A stretch of DNA of 63,567 bases, from the IMG/VR virus record IMGVR_UViG_3300030430_004778, positions 1 through 63,567 of that record; one strand, written 5' to 3'. A program made the translations under genes and the position numbers. The DNA is from a virus. Lineage: Duplodnaviria; Caudoviricetes. The notes beneath the pieces were generated by a model, which was not told the origin of the DNA, made no database searches, and saw only the letters and a program-made list of their open reading frames with translations. Below, one piece after another: positions 30,001 through 38,934 of the stretch (the first letter of the stretch is position 1; every line of letters starts with the position of its first letter).

Positions 30001-32392
30001 GAATAGCTGAGTATATAGCTAAACAAAGGTAGTATCTTTTTGTAGGGTCAGAAAAAACACCCTCTTGTGGATCGAAAAAATATGCATCTAAAGCTCCAAC
30101 ACCAAATTTTTCTAAACTGTTTAATATGTTAAATGGAGAATTAGTCTCAGATTGTAATCTTTGCAATTCATCAACAATTCTTTTCAATCCATTCTGTAAG
30201 TTAAAATTAAAATCATTTTTCTTTTGCCGTAAAGACTTACCGGAATATTGCGGAGCGCCAGTAGAAAAATTAAAAAATGGGTCGACATCATTATCAAAAC
30301 CATCTAAAGAAACTAAATTTAACTGTGTTGCTGAATTTTGTTCTTTTTGGTTTGTATCCCCATTGTATGAGAATGCAGTGTAGTTTTTATCAGAAAATAA
30401 AGCATTCTTTTCTTCATTTGTGAGATAAGGGTCTAGTATTATTAAATTTGGAATAACCGTCTCCAACAACAATTCATATATCTTTATTTGTCTTTCGCCG
30501 TTTGTTATTGCTTGTTCTATGTTATTCTTCTTTAGTGTCTGTTTAGGTATTTCTGTATTGTAATACGTTAACAAATCTTGTAGATTTTGTGGTATGTTGT
30601 TATTGAAAACCGACACTTGTTGCTCTAGCTTGGCTTGTTCTTTTTGTAACTCTTCGATTCTTTTGTTTACTGTTTCAAGTCTTTGTTTTAGCCCAGAATA
30701 AGGTATGGTTTTTACATTTTCAAAGTCGCCTAGTTTCTTCGGTGCATACTTAAATTCATCAACGTGGTCTTTAACTAAACCAAAGTTATCACTCAGATTG
30801 GTATGAAATAAAGACACACCGGTTTTTGTAAGCCAAGAAAGAAGAGTTTGAGAATCCTGCACCAAAGACGGTGTTTTTTTTAATCCCTCACCAATGATTC
30901 CTTCTGCAACGTTTTTTTGTAATTGTTCATCTAGTAACCTGTTAAAATATATATCTTTTAATTCTGTGGCTAAATCTTTAGCGATTCCATCATCCATCTC
31001 ATCGAGTGCTTGTATTATAGCTTCTTTGTGCTTATCAAACTCTTTTAACACTGGTTGACAAAGGTAGTCTAAAAGTTCGTCCAAGGGGATTAGCTTAAGA
31101 AGACACTTAGCTGATAGTGATAATAAATCTGGTATGCTAATATAGTTCAAAAGTTGTTCGAATATATCGTCAACATCCTCTATCCTTTCAAATTTTCCGC
31201 TAATCCAAGCGTCACCAAGAGCATCCCCTATTTGTTCATATTGTTTTGATACTTCTTTTTGTAATTTTCCTCTCAAAGCATCAGGAATTTGTGAACTATC
31301 GATAAAAAACCTTTTGCGTAAATCATCATCTAGTATCCTAATATCTCCAATAATAAATTTTTCAACCAAATCTCTTGTTATTTCACTTGATGCTATGCTA
31401 GTGCGAGGGTACAAATATTTATTTAAGAAAACTCTTACCGTATCAGAGCTAAAAAATATACTTGTTTGGGAAGTTATATCATTAGCCTCTCTGGATATTG
31501 ACTTATTGTATTTATTGTAAATCCTTGCTAGGTTGTATATTACAGAATTTGTAGTGCTATCTCTAAAAAAATTATATGAAGAAGAATCAGTAATACCTTG
31601 ACCATTCTTTAGCGGCGCTCCATCTGTTCCTGCTTTGATAAAAGCAAACTTTTTAAACTTATAATTTTCTTTATCAAAAATTACTTTTATATAATCATTA
31701 TCATTAAATTTAATTGATGCATTATCTAAAATTGTTTTTACTATAGAGGGAAAAGTTTGAACTGATTCTGCGTGATAATTTAAATTTATTGGCTTATCTA
31801 GCGTGATACCAAAATAATTAAGTCTTCTTTGGGCATCTTTTAGTGCCAATGAAGCCGTAGTGGTAAGCAACCTCAAGTCGCCAATTCTATAAAATGACAC
31901 CAAATCTTCACCACTTTCATAAGACATATTTCTAGTAGAGGGCGCAGCAGTTTTTTTGTTTTTTTTAGTCGCTGACGTGCTGCCAGTGCTAGCCGATTTT
32001 TTAACAACACTAGGTTTAGGCGCTGTAGGGCTTGCATTGTCCTCGAATAGTTGTTGATTTGCTAACACTGCCGGCATCGCTCTTATAAGAGCTATAAATC
32101 CACCTCGACTCCCCCGAAAGCTGAAGCTAATAGAGTTTGGAAGGTAGTCATTCAAGCTCTGTAGAGTTAGTTTTGTTTTTTCTTCTATGAATTTTATTCT
32201 ATCTGAATCTGGCTTATTTCTATCAATCTCATCAGTAAAAAACCAAAAAGTCATTATGCCTGTATCTTGTTCAAAATAAATTAGCTTATTGTACCATGCT
32301 TGTTTTACTGCATCTGTGGTATTTCCGGCGGTCCAGCCGTTAGAAAGTGTGTTTTTTCCATTGGCTAAGGTACATTTAGAATAAATACTCAT
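24080..32392 (-). CDS. Very large hypothetical virion protein, largely helical
   Basis: 2770-aa ORF between the spike-like and gp25 genes; contains a coiled-coil segment; no family recognised. Confidence 0.65.
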   Translation of the reverse strand: MSIYSKCTLANGKNTLSNGWTAGNTTDAVKQAWYNKLIYFEQDTGIMTFWFFTDEIDRNKPDSDRIKFIEEKTKLTLQSLNDYLPNSISFSFRGSRGGFIALIRAMPAVLANQQLFEDNASPTAPKPSVVKKSASTGSTSATKKNKKTAAPSTRNMSYESGEDLVSFYRIGDLRLLTTTASLALKDAQRRLNYFGITLDKPINLNYHAESVQTFPSIVKTILDNASIKFNDNDYIKVIFDKENYKFKKFAFIKAGTDGAPLKNGQGITDSSSYNFFRDSTTNSVIYNLARIYNKYNKSISREANDITSQTSIFFSSDTVRVFLNKYLYPRTSIASSEITRDLVEKFIIGDIRILDDDLRKRFFIDSSQIPDALRGKLQKEVSKQYEQIGDALGDAWISGKFERIEDVDDIFEQLLNYISIPDLLSLSAKCLLKLIPLDELLDYLCQPVLKEFDKHKEAIIQALDEMDDGIAKDLATELKDIYFNRLLDEQLQKNVAEGIIGEGLKKTPSLVQDSQTLLSWLTKTGVSLFHTNLSDNFGLVKDHVDEFKYAPKKLGDFENVKTIPYSGLKQRLETVNKRIEELQKEQAKLEQQVSVFNNNIPQNLQDLLTYYNTEIPKQTLKKNNIEQAITNGERQIKIYELLLETVIPNLIILDPYLTNEEKNALFSDKNYTAFSYNGDTNQKEQNSATQLNLVSLDGFDNDVDPFFNFSTGAPQYSGKSLRQKKNDFNFNLQNGLKRIVDELQRLQSETNSPFNILNSLEKFGVGALDAYFFDPQEGVFSDPTKRYYLCLAIYSAIPAVGYAIYLLVDNTEDVADFLEDQGKAIYEALKKKLEIFGRVDYPFLDIIGEFVDSLIQIGLNFGRDLLINGIMYVISETVKACSDQERVNAPYNPTGAIDLSGYMASSTNKGSDTAAGDSTDTITYKEILSKDKLMTASLFDTILSKLSETFSINEIASLLDETARDSLYVKAINALDSLTPTPLSKESAFYKYYVNEAGIRELFDIISKSIDPALIVNFQHDYNKQKQVLLDICFGYDDSALGSLFEGLDDDAIREALAANYASKVEVVEEIVEKAIGPLLGENIAPDPCEAGIKYFTDAEKFTLKTVASSIFESLNKSTEVAVDMSKKAFLNTRRGLSNYGSLSPDYGEASVDFYSVYGNPENEQIFNDFTKQNKVAGLENYKQILQLSEDLKLDYATFENNRQVVSLNYQNIPVKQTIQFRFDSADNQINFAYSNLKNKNKNELEPFVDIASYQERNYFAKRQLQREDLEGPGILDSDLNLITSPEYILFNTSDGVITQPEYSSFIKESIGDILYYEKIQSEDIYSVLLNSIFKDMLLYPFKTGLYFLENFNKLNLNKLITTDLQQIQSGQLTDKCFLGFMDNSVLTTQTLNLAERIACYAKDSPTIAPSNVALLKVSFDAFIRSIALQEMMKSFFVIGLFPKDLVFDTISPTSNSIYEQIIKINTIKAVESAVTGGRTSYEKFYDDVFVRFITDITRIIFQNNDITDTQAFNFVVNSQIQFIKDQFKKAYENGFGVNTTTIFGTTEYQLLKEQTSFADLDDTVNDALLDVNDAQFTYSEKLRAIQNDGMATFYQGVIDSVRDFDARSYLDSNEEQKILIAQDKDEATPYKIPFYRLENNEEKEYFDNEDFLFKSSALLDKLTFGNDKGFVLQKYIEIKPNATIMSNTFDPEVKNTIEQFLLKASAMLEPSGFKEQKIYRKKLKLLFYESKLFMMFPQAIDFIHSLDDFSPAPPFTDSVLWKYYYDFRRITKPTIGPYSPEPEHEVDKVNFDLFYWIFKLNYDKPEEFFANEKSMEWYQFIKTADNGELFKKINLSLNGKIKLNDFTHLLNKYIYHEYTDETGGFNIVDSPWGGPFSKDFLSEEDISLEPGQLLNNADFGSYLNSLYLKNSKTRISEFFEFLSFENIYGTQNNGGYSGYAGIDMKIVEDFYDFLQDKIKDPQEYFDNLSFFEWLYTQKTYKILDVQTVIRIETKIPEPKEESSNIPKFTLSGELSSKIFNDTDSEQIHDQRQLELLKEKIGVEEIASEDGSKYLFSAPIYELKQRIPTLSWLEFFVAIDKKSYLNESFYKLDENPNNNLKLNDLLFSNDTKDIFSYYQKLKAFSDPEQKEITTIKLSRYYSTFWWNINGKVFTLSELLDKIYTAGTIDGISIYDILTQESLESFYKEDYVPEENYSDENDTYYPSYLDDDLKKIKVSGERLFIKSMADNGDLPPEEYTAIVKQVLKAASVKNAPTENSGEDLDPSIKKTMNLLRGAIDPKGDFFPNVQPYIQLNENFDWGWPYYGGSFEFQDFSTAQNTKEPLPPSPINYQDTLMEEFVGTVYAPGFNFDFRTPKRQPIGCTQNPRTHEDSIREINFIQEGKGIWVTDQEIEVYKETKETVWDSSQGFFGAFVEKTKIELESTIFYTGWIFPKSGYDEIDFANTDSYYLALNTTKNGLTFLAYKGDSWPSGKSLPLFPHDQKALKADGGKSSLSMYPDPPSVGGYDADGQPQATYTVRITSKKIPTVLHNVGGDFAYVKQRFMKVKFGCVKGGLGAETQQILTKEIPGQFPSVYDLFSVMIKSESDKEAFVDFLNCFFIKEQTTIIALLHRIMTEEHYPQIERMFRRPIYNALANIRSTVGALTGDYQEDNEPSNFEKIDMFLDGAGEFGLDLLKSFLRATASTVDPTWRTPWFLPGPLTPFGVAAKLLDEDFDKEKTKAGTPKKQATLICADSFKASAEFFDNYTKVYEQVLGPKEANKNSDNEPDSN

Positions 32393-32402
32393 TTATAAAC
32401 CC

Positions 32403-34001
32403 CTAATTTGTCCTGTTTTTTTCACTTAGAATGTTATAAGCCCCTAATTTACTAAATGCATTACTATCGTTATTAACTCTGGTAATCGCTGTTTTTTTGG
32501 CTTTTACTTGCAATGACAAGGCTTCAACCAAAACGCTGGCGCCACCAAACACTGCTTCTTCAGATGCTAACCCTTTGCCTCCATTAATAGCTAATGGATT
32601 AGTCCCTTGCGTGGCAGCGGTTGCTAAAAATATCGAAAAAGGATCATAATGTGAGTGTTTTTGCATTGCTGCGTTAAATTTTGTTTGGCTTGTTATGTGC
32701 TCAAAAATAATTGCACGTAATTTACTTACAACATTTGATAGATTTTTTAAGTAAACAATTAAATTATCACCTTTTACCAATGGCTGTAAATCACTATCGT
32801 CATTTCCCGCTATTAAATCTATTCCATACTTTGCGTATTGTCTGCCTCCACGAGTGTTGTTCTTGTCTGTTCCCGTGACCAATCTTATTCCAGAAGCCCT
32901 AGACATAATTAGCACATCGTCAGCTTTCATTGCGACCAGAGATAACCCTTGTCTAGTTTCGGTATTTCCTTTTTTTAAAAATGGTTTTATAGCTTTAGAG
33001 TATGTGCCCCCAGCAACACCTTCAAAAAACAAACTATCAACATCTGCCTTTTGTGAAACGTAAACATAAGATGAATCGCTAACTAAACTAATTGGTTGAG
33101 GGTTTATTAATTCTTCTTTATCGGTGTCCTCGGAATATTCTACCGGTTCAATGTTTTCAGAAGACATTCCCGCGTACATATAAACTGCGCCAGATTTAGT
33201 GTGCCCACGAAACCTATAGATTTCATCTCTAGAGCATATAATTCCAGAATTATTTTCACTAACTAGGTAAGAATCACCTGGGTAATATATTGGCGCTGGA
33301 ACTGGTTCTATTAATCTACTACCTCCGACACCTTTAAGTTTGTTGGTGGAATCTTTTGAAAGATTAGCAAATAGACTATTCTCAGCTGTGGGCATTCCAT
33401 CCATCTGAATAACTGGTCTTTTTGTTTCTGTTTGTAATTTATCTCCGAAAAGTGCTTTAGATAAGCTTTTATTTGATTCTTTTGGTGTTTGATAATCAGA
33501 AAAAGGTCCATTGGTGACATCTTCTTCGATCTCTTTATTAGAGTGCGCCGGATCTGCTCCAGGAGCTATTTGTTTTGAGGCTTCATATAAAGATAAATTA
33601 TCTTCTTTTAGCTTATTTAAATAATCCAAACTTTTTTGAAGCGCACTGTTGTCACCCTCAAAAAATCCAAGCGTATCTTCTAGACCTAAAGTAACAGTAT
33701 AATAATCATTAAGCTTATCATAATCTAAATTGCTTAATGATAGGTTGACTGTATAATTAATAATCATTTGTTCATATTTTGATTTATCTATATTTGTTGG
33801 TGTATTAGAAGCATTAAATATATCCGCTATAGAATTTATAAACTTTGATTGTTCGTCTGGAAGAATATAAACAGTAGTTTCTTTTTTAAGACTAAAATCA
33901 CTTTCTGTAACTTTTAATAAACTAATAGCAATAGATATTTTTTTTTGTGATTCTGCAACAGAAGTGGCATATGCCTGTAATACTATAGTTTGTTTAGCCA
34001 T
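32403..34001 (-). CDS. Putative baseplate central spike protein (gp5-C/gpV-like)
   Basis: C-terminal beta-repeat-like region AMKADDVLIMSR..GIRLVTG..QPLVKGDNL followed by an HxH motif (KHSH), as in spike apices; position fits. Confidence 0.5.
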   Translation of the reverse strand: MAKQTIVLQAYATSVAESQKKISIAISLLKVTESDFSLKKETTVYILPDEQSKFINSIADIFNASNTPTNIDKSKYEQMIINYTVNLSLSNLDYDKLNDYYTVTLGLEDTLGFFEGDNSALQKSLDYLNKLKEDNLSLYEASKQIAPGADPAHSNKEIEEDVTNGPFSDYQTPKESNKSLSKALFGDKLQTETKRPVIQMDGMPTAENSLFANLSKDSTNKLKGVGGSRLIEPVPAPIYYPGDSYLVSENNSGIICSRDEIYRFRGHTKSGAVYMYAGMSSENIEPVEYSEDTDKEELINPQPISLVSDSSYVYVSQKADVDSLFFEGVAGGTYSKAIKPFLKKGNTETRQGLSLVAMKADDVLIMSRASGIRLVTGTDKNNTRGGRQYAKYGIDLIAGNDDSDLQPLVKGDNLIVYLKNLSNVVSKLRAIIFEHITSQTKFNAAMQKHSHYDPFSIFLATAATQGTNPLAINGGKGLASEEAVFGGASVLVEALSLQVKAKKTAITRVNNDSNAFSKLGAYNILSEKNRTN

Positions 34002-34019
34002 TTTTATTTAATCACCATT

Positions 34020-35744
34020 TTAAATTCTTTTTTTCCACTCACAATATATGCACCTAAACCATACAAAGTTCTTGCTGAAGATGTATGATGGTAATCTAGT
34101 AATTGCTGTATTCGTTGGATATGGGCGCGGGGCTGACGACATGTGAGCGCTCAATGTCTTTAAATCTTTATATTTTCCTGTAAACTTGTAATTTGCGTCA
34201 AAAATTCCAAGTTCTTTTGCTTTTTCTTTTGCGCCCACTGCAGCGTATATAACCTTTACAGCCATGTAAGCCTGTTTTGCAGTCAATTCTTTTCGCATAC
34301 GAAGAAAAGTGTAAAGTTCAGCTACGCGACCGTCTGTTCTACTGTCGTCATATGATCCATGTGCCACTATACCAGCAAACTTCTCACCTTTAGAGTTTTT
34401 ATCAGACACTAATTTTGCAGCAGTAGTGCTGTGCCCAATAGACCATTCTTCTGTAGATTCATCATAAGCAGGAAAGCCTATATTCCCATTTCTTCCTGTT
34501 TCTGCTTTAAGAGCGCTACGTCCCGGTACAAATTGACCATTGTATTTTATTGGATCGCTTAATGAACCGGTGCCTTTCACTGCTTTCAATTGATCAGAGA
34601 AGATTACTTTTTTAATTGCGACATAGGTAGCCTCTAATGTATCTGCATCTATTATTCTTTCTAGTCTTCTAGAAGTGCCTCCTTTTATTAAATTACCAAC
34701 CGTGTCTAAATAAAATGGCTCTTTTTTATAATTCTTTGGATCAAATCCAGCTGCTTGGTATTTTCTGATTAAATAAGTTGGTAAATGCATGGCATCTGCT
34801 AGCGGCACTAGAAAATTTCTTATTGCGTCTCTGCCGGTCGGTGGCGTCCCGCTCTTAAGGGCATCAATTGCAGCCTGTCTTTTATTACTTATATTATTTG
34901 CCGAGCCATTATACCAAATTGGCTTATTAATTACATCAAAACCAACGGATACTTTATTTAAGCCGCTAGATCCAGCATGTACTGTCACTCTATCTAAATC
35001 AGCGTATTGATATCTTGCAATATTAGCACCACCACCAACGCTAAAATGAGTTCCTAACGCCCCACGAGCGTTTAATGCTTTAAGCAATTTTTCTCTAGTG
35101 CTTGTGTCGGAGTCATGAATAACTATAAAGAATATATCATCTAATTTTCGTTTTCTATTTAAAGTGAAAACTGTGGTTTCAGTATCAAAGCCTCGTATGG
35201 AAGAGCTTACCTCTCTTACTGTTTTACTACCACGTCTTTCTCCTAAATCTGGGATTCTCCATTCCCCGGCTGCACTCCCTGCCACCGCGCCAACCAATTT
35301 TCCAACCTCTAATAATAAAGGATCTGAGAAGTTACTAACATTGCCATAAGTAACGACTAGTGTTGTGCCGGGAGCAATTGCGTCTGAGCTGTCACCTGGG
35401 ATCGGGTTAAAACTTGATTTTAGTCCCACATATGTTGGATATAAAGCCAGTGTTGCATAATCATCGCCACTAGTTGGTTTAGGCAGGAGACTGTGTATTT
35501 CTGGTACACGAGCTTTAACTCTAACTAAATCTTTATGTTCTTGAGCTTTGTTTTCAAGCTTATAAAGACAAACTGCGTTAAACTTTATTTGTTTTGCCAG
35601 TCTATCTTTTGTATAGTTTTTTTCTAGTGCATATTTTAATTGAGTTTCAGCTGTTTGCAAAACATCAAGATCTAAATTTTCCTGATCTGTTTCTTTTTCT
35701 AAAAAACTAGTATTAGAAACTACATTATCTGCATCTATGCTCAT
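34020..35744 (-). CDS. Baseplate-associated N-acetylmuramoyl-L-alanine amidase (gp5-like N-terminal domain plus Amidase_2)
   Basis: N-terminal VRVKARVPEIH..PGTTLVVTY (OB-fold-like). Amidase motifs FIVIHDS, GTHFSV, YQYADL..VTVHAG..NKVSVGFDV and GIVAHG..RTDG. Confidence 0.7.
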   Translation of the reverse strand: MSIDADNVVSNTSFLEKETDQENLDLDVLQTAETQLKYALEKNYTKDRLAKQIKFNAVCLYKLENKAQEHKDLVRVKARVPEIHSLLPKPTSGDDYATLALYPTYVGLKSSFNPIPGDSSDAIAPGTTLVVTYGNVSNFSDPLLLEVGKLVGAVAGSAAGEWRIPDLGERRGSKTVREVSSSIRGFDTETTVFTLNRKRKLDDIFFIVIHDSDTSTREKLLKALNARGALGTHFSVGGGANIARYQYADLDRVTVHAGSSGLNKVSVGFDVINKPIWYNGSANNISNKRQAAIDALKSGTPPTGRDAIRNFLVPLADAMHLPTYLIRKYQAAGFDPKNYKKEPFYLDTVGNLIKGGTSRRLERIIDADTLEATYVAIKKVIFSDQLKAVKGTGSLSDPIKYNGQFVPGRSALKAETGRNGNIGFPAYDESTEEWSIGHSTTAAKLVSDKNSKGEKFAGIVAHGSYDDSRTDGRVAELYTFLRMRKELTAKQAYMAVKVIYAAVGAKEKAKELGIFDANYKFTGKYKDLKTLSAHMSSAPRPYPTNTAITRLPSYIFSKNFVWFRCIYCEWKKRI

Positions 35745-35750
35745 AACTTT

Positions 35751-36047
35751 TTATTTTTCTCCTTGAATTACATCAAAAAGAGACTTTTTATCTTCCTCCG
35801 ATAATTGCACACTCGTATCGGTTTTCTTAGCCATAATTGACGTAAGTTTTACTAATTGCTCATTGGACCTCTGTAAGGTTTCTACATACTTGGCTGCGAT
35901 TAAACCAAGATCTTTGTGAGTTTCTTGACCATTGGTAATTTCTGCAAATACTTGTGTAAGGAGTGTGGAAGTAATATCGCGGTCGTCACGAATATTATCA
36001 ATCGCTTCTTTAATATAAGCTTCTATGTCTTTTACTGATCGTCCCAT
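35751..36047 (-). CDS. Hypothetical helical protein
   Basis: 98-aa ORF in the co-oriented run, overlapping the sigma gene end. Confidence 0.7.
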   Translation of the reverse strand: MGRSVKDIEAYIKEAIDNIRDDRDITSTLLTQVFAEITNGQETHKDLGLIAAKYVETLQRSNEQLVKLTSIMAKKTDTSVQLSEEDKKSLFDVIQGEK

Positions 36048-36730
36048 TCTTTTTTAAACTCCGCGTAGCGTTTTCTTACTTTATTAAGAGAACTTACAAC
36101 CTGCTTTGTATTTAATCCAGTAATCTCTCTAATATATAAGTAAATAGCTTTTTTATTAAAAATTTCTATATTGTTTGCTTCGCTAAAAAGAATCTCAATT
36201 GCCTGAATTGTCTTTACTTCGTTTTCTCTAAGAGGCATTTTCTTCCAGTCTTGAATTTCTTTATTGAGGTGTAAAAAAAATTCGTGTTTGTTTCTATCCT
36301 CTATGTAGGTGTTATGAACTACTAATTTCTGGATTGATGGAATGTTTGATTTATCTGAGTGGCTTAAAAAATATTCCTCTAGGTGAGTTTCTCTTTTTGC
36401 TTTTTTAGATGTCTTTTTTACCTCTGCTATAAACCAGTTTTTTGAAACAACACTAAAATAGGTAAACGCTTTAGAGCCTTTTTCTGGGTCAAAGTTATTG
36501 AGAACTGTAATCAGCCAATTTTTACAATCGTCTTTAAGAGAATCAATATTGGGAAGAGAAGTAAATTTGTAGGTATAAACAATTTTGTCTACCATTTCAT
36601 CAAACACTGGACCTATATAAACTTTGTAAAGTTCATTTCTTCTTTTTGAGTCTTGTGTTTGACAATATTCTACTATTGCGTCTTGATGTTCTCTTCTAAA
36701 ATAATGATTTTTAGTTCTCTTCCTCGCCAT
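36032..36730 (-). CDS. Phage RNA polymerase sigma factor, T4 gp55-like (late transcription)
   Basis: NHYF..AIVEYC..YIGPVFDEMVDKI..YKF..NNFDPEKGSKAFTYFSVVSKNWFI matches sigma region 2 of gp55-like factors. Confidence 0.75.
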   Translation of the reverse strand: MARKRTKNHYFRREHQDAIVEYCQTQDSKRRNELYKVYIGPVFDEMVDKIVYTYKFTSLPNIDSLKDDCKNWLITVLNNFDPEKGSKAFTYFSVVSKNWFIAEVKKTSKKAKRETHLEEYFLSHSDKSNIPSIQKLVVHNTYIEDRNKHEFFLHLNKEIQDWKKMPLRENEVKTIQAIEILFSEANNIEIFNKKAIYLYIREITGLNTKQVVSSLNKVRKRYAEFKKEWDDQ

Positions 36731-36998
36731 AATCTTCCTCTTGTCTCAAGACACGCTGAAAACTTTGGCATTCTTCAACAAGCGCTTTTGAGTGGCGAAG
36801 TAAGTTTCCTAATGTTTCATCACCGTAAAAACGTTCAAGTCCATTAACAATGTCAATGTGTTCTCTATATTCCTCTAATGTTTCACTAAAAGTGTCTAGT
36901 TCCTCCTGAAAAGTTAAAAATCTTTTTAGAAGTTGGATGATGTACCAAACAAAAATGAAATTGAGAATAACCGAGATAGCCAAGAAAAAGTGCGTCAT
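36711..36998 (-). CDS. Small membrane-anchored coiled-coil protein
   Basis: N-terminal hydrophobic helix FFLAISVILNFIFVWYII followed by an acidic helical region. Confidence 0.65.
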   Translation of the reverse strand: MTHFFLAISVILNFIFVWYIIQLLKRFLTFQEELDTFSETLEEYREHIDIVNGLERFYGDETLGNLLRHSKALVEECQSFQRVLRQEEDYGEEEN

Positions 36999-37243
36999 CT
37001 GCTAGTATCTAGTTCCTTTTTTTGATTTATTAAATCTTGTTTTGAGCTTTCTATAAACTCATTTGTTAAATCGCCAACTTTTTTTATTTTATCTTGTTTT
37101 TTCGCGTTGTAAGAGAAGTTAGTAGGCTTTCTCCCAATATTTTTAGAAGAACACCAAGGGCACTCTTCTATTGTTTCAGACATTAGATGATTCTCTTTCC
37201 ATTCACCTAAACAATCTCCACATTGATAAACATAGATTGGCAA
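36995..37243 (-). CDS. FmdB-like zinc-ribbon protein
   Basis: Likely TTG start at 37243 after AAGGA; PIYVYQCGDC...ECPWCSS. Confidence 0.8.
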   Translation of the reverse strand: MPIYVYQCGDCLGEWKENHLMSETIEECPWCSSKNIGRKPTNFSYNAKKQDKIKKVGDLTNEFIESSKQDLINQKKELDTSR

Positions 37244-37254
37244 CTTATTTTTCC

Positions 37255-37482
37255 TTATGTGTCTTCCGGTTGATCGCAAATGACATCCCAATCTCTAGTT
37301 GTTTCTTCGTTAACTTTTACTAGAGGTGGATTTAAAACCACTAGCCCTTCAGGTGACTCAGTTATCTTAAAGCTTTCCAATACTGGAACTATATCAGATT
37401 GTTCCATTAAAGATTTTTGAAGTGCCATCATTAGAGCACCTATTGCTTGTTTAGATAAATTTGTGTGTTTAATTTCAGTCAT
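37255..37482 (-). CDS. Hypothetical protein
   Basis: 75-aa ORF with AAAGGA SD. Confidence 0.65.
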   Translation of the reverse strand: MTEIKHTNLSKQAIGALMMALQKSLMEQSDIVPVLESFKITESPEGLVVLNPPLVKVNEETTRDWDVICDQPEDT

Positions 37483-37547
37483 TATAAAATCCTTTAACAG
37501 TTTGTTTACAACTGTATTTACTTACTTTACTAATTTTACTACAAAAA

Positions 37548-37949
37548 TTAATAATTTTTAATTTTTTTAATGATATCCGAGGTCGATATTCCTTGTGTAT
37601 AGGGAACATATTTTATTTTTCCTAATTGTCTTGGTATTTTGTGTTGCTCATCGTATGCCTTTCTTATATCATCACCATGAACTACCAAATCGATATTGTT
37701 TTCATTTATAAAAGACTCAGTTATCAATAGAGGTGCATTCTCAATAACCTCATCAACATATCTACAACTTCTAACAATTTCATATCTTTGTTTATCTTCT
37801 ATAATTGGCTCTCTTTTATACTTGGCAGTATCTTCATCAGAATGTACACCCACAATAAGATAGTCACCTAAACCTTTGGCAGTTTTTATTAGATTTAGAT
37901 GTCCAACATGAAATAAATCCCCAACAATGTCAATGTATACACGAGTCAC
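37548..37949 (-). CDS. Cytidylyltransferase (HIGH superfamily, TagD/ECT-like); candidate CMP-phosphonate synthase
   Basis: GDLFHVGHLNL, LIVGVHSD, YKREP, CRYVDEVI, VVHGDD and GISTSDII motifs. Confidence 0.9.
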   Translation of the reverse strand: MTRVYIDIVGDLFHVGHLNLIKTAKGLGDYLIVGVHSDEDTAKYKREPIIEDKQRYEIVRSCRYVDEVIENAPLLITESFINENNIDLVVHGDDIRKAYDEQHKIPRQLGKIKYVPYTQGISTSDIIKKIKNY

Positions 37950-38934
37950 GGAAACTCCTTAAAATGTAATCATATTCCTCATCAAACCTTACACTCATAG
38001 TCGAAACTCTAAAACTATTTTTAATATTTTTTATGCCATCATATATTATTATTTTTTTACTCTCTAAAAATTGTCTCAGCTCTTGATAGGATTTGTTAGG
38101 ATGAATAAATCCCATAATAGAATTACACGGTTTGTGATTGACGCATCTTATATTAAGTTTTGCAAAATCATATATTACTTTGTCTCTTCTTTTATTCATT
38201 AGTTCTTCGGTAACAGCTGATTTTTTTAATGCGGTGCGCAGCGCCGCGACACACTGCACCGGAAGTGTAAACGGAATGTCATTTGAAGAATACTTTTTTA
38301 AATTTAAATAATAGTTTTTTTGCCTTACAATTAGACTTTTTTTCCAAATCACAATACCTAATCCCGGCGTAGATTGTAAACATTTATTTGAGCAAAAAGA
38401 TATTGCATCAATGTTGTCTAAATATTCTGTATAATCAGTTGCGCCGAAAGCAGACGTCGCGTCAATAAACAACCTTTTTTTTGGAAAATAATGACAAATA
38501 TCTTCTAAACAAAACTTTTCACCAGTTGTTGTTTCATTTTCAACAAAATATAACTTATTACTAATCATTGATAGCTTGAGTTTGGCTAAATCACTAGAGT
38601 CTTGTGCCATAGAAGATATAGATTCTATACTATAAAAATCCATCATTTCTTTTGCTCTTAGACCATATTTCCCAGATATTATAATATTAGTATTGTCCAG
38701 TAAAGATGATATTAAGGCTTCCATCGCAGCAGTTCCAGAGCCGCCGAAGATAGAAACATTCCAATCTTTTAGAGTAGCCTTTTCGCTGAAACGACTAAGT
38801 AAAAGATTTTTTGTCTCGTTTAAAATAAACATGAAATCTTCTGTTCTGTGACAAACATCTGAGTGTTGACTTTGAGACTCTTTGACTTCACTTAGTGTGT
38901 TGGTTGGTCCAGGATTTAATAAAAGATTATTCAC
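37930..38934 (-). CDS. aepZ: 2-aminoethylphosphonate aminotransferase (class V PLP, PhnW/AepZ family)
   Basis: LLLNPGP, HR..F, GSGTAAMEA, ENETTTG, IDATSAFG and SNKCLQSTPG (PLP lysine); adjacent to ppd and pepM. Confidence 0.85.
   Translation of the reverse strand: MNNLLLNPGPTNTLSEVKESQSQHSDVCHRTEDFMFILNETKNLLLSRFSEKATLKDWNVSIFGGSGTAAMEALISSLLDNTNIIISGKYGLRAKEMMDFYSIESISSMAQDSSDLAKLKLSMISNKLYFVENETTTGEKFCLEDICHYFPKKRLFIDATSAFGATDYTEYLDNIDAISFCSNKCLQSTPGLGIVIWKKSLIVRQKNYYLNLKKYSSNDIPFTLPVQCVAALRTALKKSAVTEELMNKRRDKVIYDFAKLNIRCVNHKPCNSIMGFIHPNKSYQELRQFLESKKIIIYDGIKNIKNSFRVSTMSVRFDEEYDYILRSFRDSCIH

Noticed and set aside
10379-35744. Cellular contractile injection system (T6SS/eCIS) or eukaryotic giant virus
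   Set aside because: The gp55-like sigma, bacterial SD sites, phage-type accessory genes and absence of cellular housekeeping or NCLDV core genes favour a tailed bacteriophage.
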